A stretch of DNA of 64,000 bases from Fibrobacterota bacterium (GCA_023249635.1 JAHFCH010000004.1:13730-77729); one strand, 5' to 3'. Shown: positions 24,690 through 32,793, counted from the stretch's first letter. The notes: generated by a model from the letters alone, not told the origin. A program made the numbers and translations.

Positions 24690-25949
24690 ATGAAAAACGG
24701 TTTCAATGTCAGCGGCGTCAGCGAAATGGTCCATGAGTTCAAGGCGAAACCCCGGGAAGCACAGTTGGATTTTTCGGCCCAGGCCTCCTGGCGCGAGGAC
24801 CGATATGACCTTACCATCCAAACCCTTAATGCGGGAACCATCCGGATTCCGCGGGATTTCGGCCTTGAAGTCCGTCCGTTCAATGAAGTGATTAACGACA
24901 TTCCTACTCCGCAAGAACTTTTGATCCTCGCGTTGGGGAGCTGCGTCCTTGTCACCTATGTCCAGGGGTGCAGCGCCAGAGGCATTACCTTGACCAGCCT
25001 TGAAGTGCATTCGGAAGGGCTGGTGCCAAGCGGGGAAGGTACGTTTGGGCAAAAAGCCACCGGACTTAAGCTCAAGGTCGACATCGATTGCGAAGGGGCT
25101 CCCGAAGCCATCAAGGAGATTGCCCAGTTCGCGGGCTGTTTCAGCCCCAATCACCGCACCTTTGTCGAAGACAACAATCCTAGTGTGGAACTATCCATTA
25201 AGGATGGCTCGAGTCGATCCTTCCTGGGCGAATTGAATCCGGAAGCTCCCACGTCGCGGAAGCAGGAAAGCCCAACCGGTGGCCTTCATCCGGTAATCGC
25301 CAAGTCCATTTGGAGATACGGGCTGCAAATCGATTCGCGACTCGAATCCGAGTCTCCGTTCCCTCCGAATTCCCATTCGACGAAAGGCCAGAAACCCGTT
25401 CACAAGTTAAAGGTGGATCAGCCGAAGCAGCTTGGCGGTATCGATCTGGCGCCGAATCCGCAAGAATATCTCCTCGCGGCGATGGCCGGCGAATTGGCCG
25501 CTAATTTTGTCCGACTCGCAAGGAGAGAGGGTTTGAACATCAAATCCGTTTCGGTAAACGGTTCAGGTCGCCTCGATTTACGGGGCATCCTGAATGTGGC
25601 GCCCGTCCCGGTCAAAATGCACAACCTGAGGTTCCATTTGGAAGTGGTCTCGGATGCCTCACAGGAAATCCTGAAACGGATAGCGGGAGATGCTCTCAGC
25701 GACGCGACATCCTTTGCCACCATATCCCAAGCGAACGAGATCGCCGTATCCGTGAAAATGGGCGGTAAACCGCTCCTGGAGTTCACAAGCAATATGCGTC
25801 ACGTGGAAATGTTTCTGACGAACATGCGCGAAAAGATGCGAAAGGCCCAGGAAGAGAAGGAAAAATCCGCCGCTCCCGAAACGGTTCCTTTCTATAAGCG
25901 CGTATTTCCCTTCGGGAAGCTGAAAGGCATGAAGCAGGGCGCGCAATGA
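24690..25949 (+). CDS. Tandem OsmC/Ohr-fold protein (two OsmC-like domains in one chain)
   Basis: Domain 1 has TPQELLILALGSCVLV and FAGCFSPNHRTF, so both peroxidatic and resolving Cys positions are present. Domain 2 has NPQEYLLAAMAGELAANF and no Cys. Confidence 0.7.
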   Translation: MKNGFNVSGVSEMVHEFKAKPREAQLDFSAQASWREDRYDLTIQTLNAGTIRIPRDFGLEVRPFNEVINDIPTPQELLILALGSCVLVTYVQGCSARGITLTSLEVHSEGLVPSGEGTFGQKATGLKLKVDIDCEGAPEAIKEIAQFAGCFSPNHRTFVEDNNPSVELSIKDGSSRSFLGELNPEAPTSRKQESPTGGLHPVIAKSIWRYGLQIDSRLESESPFPPNSHSTKGQKPVHKLKVDQPKQLGGIDLAPNPQEYLLAAMAGELAANFVRLARREGLNIKSVSVNGSGRLDLRGILNVAPVPVKMHNLRFHLEVVSDASQEILKRIAGDALSDATSFATISQANEIAVSVKMGGKPLLEFTSNMRHVEMFLTNMREKMRKAQEEKEKSAAPETVPFYKRVFPFGKLKGMKQGAQ

Positions 25950-25973
25950 ACCCGAAACGGGAGGGGATTTGAG

Positions 25974-26315
25974 ATGGCCCAAAGCAAGAAATCGGAATTC
26001 GGGATTAAGGATCAGAAGTTGGCCGACTTCGCCAAGGCCTTTTCACATCCCGCTCGGGTCTCGATATTGCGGATACTGGCCAAGCAGGGAACATGCATTT
26101 GCGGTGAACTCGTAGACGCGTTGCCTTTGGCTCAATCCACGGTCTCCCAGCATATCCGGGAATTGAAGGACGCCAACATTATTACCGGTGAAGTGGAGGG
26201 CCCCAAATCCTGTTATTGCATCAACTGGGCCGTGCTGGAAGATCAATGGAAGGCCTTTAACTCCATCCTACATGAGATGGAAGCCCATCAAGCCAAGCTT
26301 TGCTGCAAGACCTAA
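25974..26315 (+). CDS. arsR: ArsR/SmtB-family repressor (CIC type with C-terminal CC)
   Basis: FSHPARVSILRIL, CICGE, LAQSTVSQHIRELK, CYC and terminal LCCKT. Confidence 0.9.
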   Translation: MAQSKKSEFGIKDQKLADFAKAFSHPARVSILRILAKQGTCICGELVDALPLAQSTVSQHIRELKDANIITGEVEGPKSCYCINWAVLEDQWKAFNSILHEMEAHQAKLCCKT

Positions 26316-26347
26316 TACCTAGCCAGGAGACCATCACTTTGAAGAAG

Positions 26348-26725
26348 ATGCTTTTTGTTTGCGTAGAGAATTCAAACCGAAGCCAGATGTCCCAGGCCTT
26401 CGCGATTATCCATGGTGGACAATCCGTAGAAAGCTACAGCGCCGGTTCACGGCCCTCCGGGAAGGTGAATCCTAAAGCGATCGCATCAATGCGGGAATTG
26501 GGCTATGACCTCTCCCGGCATGCTTCCAAGAGCCTTGAGGAAGTGCCTGACCTTGAATACGATGCCGTTGTGACAATGGGCTGCGGGGATGCCTGTCCGA
26601 ACATCCGTGCGAAGCGGCGTATCGATTGGCAGATTCCCGATCCGCGGAATATGGAACCCAATGAATTCCGCAATGTCCGCGATCTGATTCAGGGTAAAGT
26701 TCGAGACCTAATCTCTGAAATTTAG
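26348..26725 (+). CDS. arsC: Arsenate reductase, LMW-PTP type (second copy)
   Basis: MLFVCVENSNRSQMSQAF is the CX5R loop, and VTMGCGDACP is also present. It is a close paralogue of 4981-5379. A TTG at 26339 with AGGAGA upstream is an alternative start. Confidence 0.9.
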   Translation: MLFVCVENSNRSQMSQAFAIIHGGQSVESYSAGSRPSGKVNPKAIASMRELGYDLSRHASKSLEEVPDLEYDAVVTMGCGDACPNIRAKRRIDWQIPDPRNMEPNEFRNVRDLIQGKVRDLISEI

Positions 26726-26784
26726 TTCCCCGAACCGATCCGGAATTTTGCCGATCTTTTTGGCCCGGGCCTACTATGAAGTAT

Positions 26785-26813
26785 ACCCAATCGGCGGGTA
26801 CGGCCGATTGGGT
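26785..26813. terminator. Perfect 11-bp inverted repeat at the right island border (bidirectional terminator candidate)
   Basis: ACCCAATCGGC, loop gggtacg, then GCCGATTGGGT. It sits between the convergent arsC (stop 26725) and the lipoprotein gene (stop 26914). Confidence 0.5.
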
Positions 26814-26913
26814 CTCGTTGGCACACTACGCTCTCAGGAAGGGAGGGCATAGGCAATTCGCCCCACGCCCTCCCTGCGATAACCCGGCCCCCAACCTCGG
26901 CCGGCTACCGAAT

Positions 26914-29076
26914 TTATCCGCACATATTGGCGACGACCAAGGCATAGGTGATGGCCTTGATTTGGTCCGCGCTGGGCGCGCCCAATCCACCGGTGAAGGA
27001 AGCCTTCACTTCCGCTTCCACCTTGGCGGCGAATTCCACCTGGGCCTGGGCGGCCGCTTCGGCGTCGGCCGCGGCGGCCAGCTTGGACATCAGCACGGCG
27101 CGGGCGCCGTCCTTGGTGCGAATGGCTGCGTCGCATTTTTCCACGGTCGCGGCCTGCAGCAACAGGGTGGCCTTGAGGCTGGCGGTCACGGAGGCATGGT
27201 AGCTCTCATAGGCAGCCGCGATGGCTTCGGCGGTGACGGAGGCTTCCACCGAGGCCTGCAGCGATGCGCCGGCTTCCGCCAGGGCCTTCAGGGACGCTTC
27301 GGAAGCGCCCGCGGCTTTGGCCTGGCCCTCGGCGGCGATGCGCAGGGACTTGCAAGCCGTGGCATGGGCGCCTTTAAGCAGGGCGAACTTGGCCTGGGCC
27401 GACATGTCCACGGAGAAATGCGCCAGCGCCTGGGCGTACAGCTCCAGGGAGCGCGCTTTGACCACGGCCGAATCCGAGGTCTCAAGCCCGGCGGTGAGGA
27501 TGAGCTTGCTCTGGGCCTTCGCCGCGATTTCCAGGCTGGTCAGGACATGCGCGATGGCGCTGTCATTGCCTTTGACTTCGGCGGCCACGTTGCTGTCGAT
27601 GGATGCCTTGACGTCCGCGTTGGTCACGCCTTCAGTTCCGGCCTTGGCGATCTGCTGTACTATTTGGGCTTCCACCGTGGTCTCGGCGCCCACCAGCACG
27701 GGCGAATGAGTGCTGCTATCCACGAAGACCATCAACTTGGATTCGTTCTTGGTCACCACGACCACCACCGAGTCGGGCAACTTGGTATCCGTGTTGATGC
27801 TGAAGCCGCCTTCCGCGTCGGTCTTGCCTTGTACGCCCGCGAGGATCTCGAGGGAACCGTCGGCCTTGACCTTGGCCACGGAAACGTCGGCGCCGGATAC
27901 GTTGCCTTCCACCTTGCCGTTCAAGGTGAAGCCGGGCAGGATGATATGGCCGTCGCCGCCGGGAACCTTGATCTGCAGGGCCGTGCAGGCCGAGCGGAAG
28001 GACACGAAGGCCGAATCGACGCCGGCTTCGGTATTGGCGCCCTTGAGGGCGGTCTCCAAGGCCAGACCGGCGGTAACCGCGCCGTTAACCTGCAGCGTGG
28101 TGCCGCCCGATGCCTTGGCGCTCTCCTGCACCGCGATTTCCACGTCGGCCGCGTGGTCGATGGAAATCTTGCGCAACCAGGCCAGCTTGGCGTCGGCATC
28201 GGTCTGGACTTCCGCGCCCGACTTGATCATGGCATGGAAGCAGGATTCGCGGGCCACGGAGATGGCTTCCACGGTGATACCCGCATCGCTCCAGGCTTTG
28301 AGGGAGGCCTGGCGGGAATCGGATTCCAGCTTGGCTTTGGCTTCGGCGGAAGCGTCGATGGCCGCATCGAGATCGGCATCGAGCTTGGCCCGCACGTCGA
28401 GGCGGGCCTCCTCGGCCTTATCCACCTGGGTGCGCGTTGCCTTGATGCTCCCGTTGAGCAGCGTCTGCACGCGGGCCTTGGCTTCGGCCTGCACCTGACT
28501 GGAAATAAACGCTTCCACCTGGGCCTTGCTTTCGCCCTTGGCTTCGATCTGCGCCGACATTTCGGCGTCGATCTTGGCGGCGATGTCCACGAAGGAGACT
28601 TCATTGTTCTTCGCCTCGCCGCGCACCTTGGCGAATACGTCCGCTTCGATGGAGGATTCGACATTGAGCGGGCGGCACACGACCGTCTTGCCCTTCTCCG
28701 CCTTGGCGCTCACGACGGCCTTCCATTCCTTGCCGTCCTTCTTGGCTTTGACGATCAGTTCGCGGGCGCCATCGACGGCGGCCGAGACCGAGAAATGCCC
28801 TTGCATATCGGTCTTGACCTCGGTGGTGGATACCACCTGGATGGACCCGTCGCTTTGGATGCGGGTCACGGAGACCACGGCGCCTTCCACTCCGGCTCCG
28901 GCCGAAGAGCGCTTGCCCAGACCCATGTCACCTTGCACGCGGCCTTCCACGGTGGCGGTGGATCCCATCGAGGAGCCATCCGAAGTGGTGGAATCGTCGC
29001 GGAAACATCCGGAGAAAAAGAGGGCGCCCGCCGCGGCGGCGGCGAGCAGTTTGGGGGTGAGGTTGGTGCGCTTCAT
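26914..29076 (-). CDS. Large Ala-rich lipoprotein with two carboxypeptidase-regulatory-like beta domains
   Basis: ATG 29076 has AAGGAG upstream. The lipobox is ALFFSGC. The beta modules VEGRVQGD...VVSVTRIQSDGSIQV...TDMQGHFSV and LNGKVEGN...VSVAKVKADGSLEIL...TDAEGGFSI are each followed by long A/E/K-rich helical stretches. Confidence 0.7.
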   Translation of the reverse strand: MKRTNLTPKLLAAAAAGALFFSGCFRDDSTTSDGSSMGSTATVEGRVQGDMGLGKRSSAGAGVEGAVVSVTRIQSDGSIQVVSTTEVKTDMQGHFSVSAAVDGARELIVKAKKDGKEWKAVVSAKAEKGKTVVCRPLNVESSIEADVFAKVRGEAKNNEVSFVDIAAKIDAEMSAQIEAKGESKAQVEAFISSQVQAEAKARVQTLLNGSIKATRTQVDKAEEARLDVRAKLDADLDAAIDASAEAKAKLESDSRQASLKAWSDAGITVEAISVARESCFHAMIKSGAEVQTDADAKLAWLRKISIDHAADVEIAVQESAKASGGTTLQVNGAVTAGLALETALKGANTEAGVDSAFVSFRSACTALQIKVPGGDGHIILPGFTLNGKVEGNVSGADVSVAKVKADGSLEILAGVQGKTDAEGGFSINTDTKLPDSVVVVVTKNESKLMVFVDSSTHSPVLVGAETTVEAQIVQQIAKAGTEGVTNADVKASIDSNVAAEVKGNDSAIAHVLTSLEIAAKAQSKLILTAGLETSDSAVVKARSLELYAQALAHFSVDMSAQAKFALLKGAHATACKSLRIAAEGQAKAAGASEASLKALAEAGASLQASVEASVTAEAIAAAYESYHASVTASLKATLLLQAATVEKCDAAIRTKDGARAVLMSKLAAAADAEAAAQAQVEFAAKVEAEVKASFTGGLGAPSADQIKAITYALVVANMCG

Positions 29077-29402
29077 GGTCAGGTCTCCTTGTGTTGGGCT
29101 GGAGGGCTTTCCGCCTCCGGGTTGCTTCACATCTATAGGATACCTGAATTACGGGCGCAGGAATATATCATCATATCTACTGTATTACATCTGGAAGGAT
29201 TTTAATCGCTTTACATCGTTATTTTAGCGGTTATTGTCCCTATCGGTACATCTTATTCATCTTATTTCATATTACAATTGACACCTTGAATACGCATAAA
29301 AACAGGTTTTCCATATTACGGATTAGCCCGATTGGAAAAGCCTTTGGCTTACGGAGCGGTTCCGGCCGGAAAGGTTCCGGGGTGAAGGGATTCCGCCCCG
29401 CT

Positions 29403-30863
29403 TCAGGGGCGCAGGGTAACTTTGCCGCTACGATCGAACGAGACGGATAGGCTGGCGCCCGAAACGGCCTTCACCGTTCCCTCCATCCCCGTCGCCATGG
29501 CAGAACCGGTGAACGCCGTCTTGGCGCCGTCCAGGTAGACGAGAGCGGCTTCCACAGCGCCGACCTGGATCCACCGGCCATCGGCGACGGGAGCCGTAGC
29601 GGCCAGGGAGAATTCGAATCTCCCGTAGGTCTTGCCGTGGAATTGATCCTTCGCTTCGATCTTGAGCAGCAGATCGGAGGAGAAGGCTCCCGGCATGGCG
29701 GGCAGGCGCACGGTGAATGCGCGGGCGCGCGCGGACAAGGAATCGTTGGCGGCAAGATGGGTCGTTACGCTCCAGACGGCGTCATCGCCGGGACGGAAGG
29801 TGGAATCGGAGCGGGGGCCGACGGCGCTGATGGCGATCACGGCGCCGTCCTTGCCCAGGGCCAGGCTGCGGTAAAGCACGGCATAGTTGCGGGTGGAGTC
29901 CTTGGAATACACCACCAGGCGCGTATGCGCGGTCAGGGAGGCCAGGGTCCCGTCGCCGGGATACTTGTGGGACTCTTCCAGGTCCACCAGGTTGGTGTCC
30001 TTGGAGAAATCGATGGCGATGGAATCCCCGTCGGCGTCCAGGATTTTGAATATGTCCAGGGTATCGCTGCCTTGGGTCACCGCCACCAGGCTGGACAGCA
30101 GGCGATTGTCCCCGCGCTTGTTGAAATCCAGATCCACGCCGGAGCCTAGACGCTGCACGGTATGCGTTACCAGGCCATCCTTGCCCTTGACCGCCAGTAC
30201 GATGTCGACCAGGTTCTTGGAACCCACGCGGGGCGCCAGCAGGCCGTCGCCATCGGCGTCGCGGAACAGGTAGGTTTTCCAGACGGAGGTATCGGCATAA
30301 GTCACGCGGCCGGCCACCTGCAGCACGCCCGGGACCACGCCGGGCTTGGCGGGATCGGCGGGAACGAAGACGGTGCTGTCGATGGTGCGGACCTCGTCCT
30401 TCACCACGCCATGCACGGTTTCCACCGTGCCCTTGACGGTATCCACCACGTGGGCCACCAAGGTATCCACGGGCTTGAGCAGGGACAGCGAATCCAGGGG
30501 AGGGATGCCCGCTTGGCTCGCCGGGGTATTGGACAGGTTACCGGGGACGGCGGAGTCACCGGTCAGGCCGGAGCGCTTCGTCAAGGCGGTCTTTTTCGCG
30601 GCAGGCTTCCCCGTGCCGGTCGTGTCGGGAACGGAATCGGGCACCGCAGTGGAATCGTACATGCCCGGGCTGGTGCGGGGCGTGGTCTTGAATCCGTTCC
30701 ACTCGGTCGAATCGTCGCGGGCGGCCGCCGACTTCTTGCCCAGGGGTTCCACGTCGTTGGGGATATCATCACCGCCGGCCACGCGCACCGGCTGCTTATC
30801 GGCAAGGCAGCCGGCCAGCAGCAGCGCCAGGGCGGCGAGCAGGGTATTCGCATTCGTCTTCAT
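29403..30863 (-). CDS. Lipoprotein of unknown function
   Basis: The internal ATG 30863 overlaps the upstream stop as ATGA. The lipobox is LLLAGC. Repeated DADGD motifs resemble calcium-binding or thrombospondin-type repeats. Confidence 0.65.
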   Translation of the reverse strand: MKTNANTLLAALALLLAGCLADKQPVRVAGGDDIPNDVEPLGKKSAAARDDSTEWNGFKTTPRTSPGMYDSTAVPDSVPDTTGTGKPAAKKTALTKRSGLTGDSAVPGNLSNTPASQAGIPPLDSLSLLKPVDTLVAHVVDTVKGTVETVHGVVKDEVRTIDSTVFVPADPAKPGVVPGVLQVAGRVTYADTSVWKTYLFRDADGDGLLAPRVGSKNLVDIVLAVKGKDGLVTHTVQRLGSGVDLDFNKRGDNRLLSSLVAVTQGSDTLDIFKILDADGDSIAIDFSKDTNLVDLEESHKYPGDGTLASLTAHTRLVVYSKDSTRNYAVLYRSLALGKDGAVIAISAVGPRSDSTFRPGDDAVWSVTTHLAANDSLSARARAFTVRLPAMPGAFSSDLLLKIEAKDQFHGKTYGRFEFSLAATAPVADGRWIQVGAVEAALVYLDGAKTAFTGSAMATGMEGTVKAVSGASLSVSFDRSGKVTLRP

Positions 30864-31678
30864 GGCTTGATCCTCGACTTGGGCACGTACGCCAGGCTCA
30901 ATTGCATGATGCGCTGGGGGTTGCGGTCGCCTTCCACCTTGCGGAAAACCTCTTCGCGGAATTTTTCCACCATCTCGTTGATCTCGCGCGCAAGCGGTTC
31001 GCTGATGTTGAGCACCATGGTGGAAACGTGGCGTTTTTCCTTGGGCAGGCGGTGCAGGGCCTCGCGCGCCTGCGCCAGCCATTCCCCGTTCAACTGCCGG
31101 CCCATGCCCGGCATCAGGCTGCCCGGCTCCACCACGGACGATGTGGTTTGATAACGGCCATCGGGGCCTTGCTCCACCAGGTTCCATTCGCACAAATCCC
31201 GCACCAGTTTCTTGACCATGGCTACCGGCACCGGCGGATCGAGGAACACGGCCAGGGCATCGTAATCGCCGCGGAAGTCGAGCACCTCGATGGCGCCGCG
31301 CACCAGCAGGTAGCGGTAGTCCTGGTAGTATTTGCTCATGGCGGGATTGAGGCGCGTGAAGCGGCTGCGATTGCGGCGCACCGTGATCTGTTTGTAGTAA
31401 TGCTCCTTCTTCTCCGGGGAGCGCGCCTGCCCGAAGGCCGCCAACAATTTCAGGAATTCGATTTCATGGGGCTTGAGCTGGAACACCTTCCCCATCTTTT
31501 CCGCGGCGTTATCGCTCAAAGGCTTGAAGCCTTTGATGACATCGTTCAGGTAGCCGAGATTGGCGAAGCCGGCCTCCTTGGCGAATTTGCGATAGGAATA
31601 CCTCGGCTCATCCAACATCTTCTGGTGGTACCTCTCCTTGAGGAATAGCCGGAAATCGTCGTAGCTGTAGATATCCAT
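30860..31678 (-). CDS. TIGR02147/DUF4423-like protein
   Basis: The N-terminus YDDFRLFLKERY...PRYSYRKFAKEAGFANLGYLNDVIKGFKPLS matches my recollection of the TIGR02147 family. I could not verify this. Confidence 0.6.
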   Translation of the reverse strand: MDIYSYDDFRLFLKERYHQKMLDEPRYSYRKFAKEAGFANLGYLNDVIKGFKPLSDNAAEKMGKVFQLKPHEIEFLKLLAAFGQARSPEKKEHYYKQITVRRNRSRFTRLNPAMSKYYQDYRYLLVRGAIEVLDFRGDYDALAVFLDPPVPVAMVKKLVRDLCEWNLVEQGPDGRYQTTSSVVEPGSLMPGMGRQLNGEWLAQAREALHRLPKEKRHVSTMVLNISEPLAREINEMVEKFREEVFRKVEGDRNPQRIMQLSLAYVPKSRIKP

Positions 31679-31942
31679 ATCGTAGTTGCCTGCCGCTACC
31701 TTAGAATATACTCCCGGCCACCCTCTTTCAACAAAGTGTTGGTTACTTGTTTATTACGGTTGATAGCTTAAATTCCGTCTATTTATGAAAATTAGTGGAA
31801 TTTCTTTAGATCCTGCCAAGGCCCCTGCTAAGATTATGTATTACATCCCGATACGGATCCCCGCCTCCCGGATCCCTTGATGCCGGCTTAGCCGTGGGCG
31901 GTGGGCGGACGCGGGACCGGGATTATGATAAGTTCTACGCGC

Positions 31943-32779
31943 ATGCCCCCCGCCCCCATCCGGATCGTCATCACCGACATCGACGGCACGCTCCTCGCCG
32001 ACGACGGCTCGCTGCCCGATGCCAACCGAGCGGCACTCGCGCATTGCAAGGCCAAAGGCGTAAAGGTGTGCCTGGCCACGGGACGTCGCTGGACCACCTG
32101 CCGCCGCCTGTTGGATCGCCTGGAGTTGTCCGGCCTCATCGACTATTGCATCCTCAACAACGGCATGCTGGTCAAAGAGGTGGCGGGCGACCGAATCCTG
32201 TTCCGGCGCGACTTCCCCCTGGAATTGCTGGTGGGCTGCGCGGATCGCCTCAATACCGCCGGATTGGATCCCATCGTGCTCGGGCATAATCCCGACGGTT
32301 CCACCGCGGATGTCTTCCACCGACGCGATGCCCTGCTCAATGGGGATTTCATCGGCAAGAACGCCGACCATGCGCGCCGCGTGGAAGCCTGGCGCGAATT
32401 GGAAGGTGAGCATCTGGTGGAACTGGTGCTGATCGGGGAGCGAAGCGATCTGGAAGCGGCGGCGCGCACCCTGGACGGGTTGGAAGTGGAAACCGCCATC
32501 CTGCGCAATACCTATTACCGGGAGTACATGCTCGAGATCACTCCCCGGGGCGTTTCCAAGCTGCTGGGCGCCGACCAATTGCTCGGCCATCTGGGATGGG
32601 AGCGGAGCGACGCCCTCGCCATCGGCGATTCGGACAATGACCTGGCCCTGTTGCAGGGGATACCTTTGTCCATCGCGGTGGCCAACGCGGACGCGAAAGC
32701 CAAGGCGGTCGCGCGCGAACTTACCGGAAGCAACGCCGAGGGGGGATTCGCCCAGGCCGTCTTCCGCCACCTGCCGTAA
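31943..32779 (+). CDS. Cof-type HAD-IIB hydrolase
   Basis: IVITDIDGTLL is motif I (DxD). GDSDNDLALL is motif IV. The start was chosen at ATG 31943 within track ORF 31901-32779. Confidence 0.85.
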   Translation: MPPAPIRIVITDIDGTLLADDGSLPDANRAALAHCKAKGVKVCLATGRRWTTCRRLLDRLELSGLIDYCILNNGMLVKEVAGDRILFRRDFPLELLVGCADRLNTAGLDPIVLGHNPDGSTADVFHRRDALLNGDFIGKNADHARRVEAWRELEGEHLVELVLIGERSDLEAAARTLDGLEVETAILRNTYYREYMLEITPRGVSKLLGADQLLGHLGWERSDALAIGDSDNDLALLQGIPLSIAVANADAKAKAVARELTGSNAEGGFAQAVFRHLP

Positions 32780-32793
32780 CAAGGAAGTTACCC

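Noticed and set aside
12937-26725. Reading the block as an arsenosugar (ArsM+ArsS) or arsinothricin (ArsL/ArsM/ArsQ, ArsN) cluster
   Set aside because: No radical-SAM protein (no CxxxCxxC motif ORF), no ArsQ-like permease and no GNAT acetyltransferase is present in the block.
26776-29205. 809-aa plus-strand ORF, the longest in this region
   Set aside because: Its composition is Gly/His/Leu/Arg-rich nonsense with no motifs. It lies exactly antisense to a minus-strand ORF that has a ribosome-binding site, a lipobox and a repeated domain structure. This is a typical GC-driven shadow ORF.
31841-32782. 313-aa minus-strand ORF
   Set aside because: It lies antisense to the HAD hydrolase, which has DxD and GDSDND motifs. 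There is no start context and no motifs.
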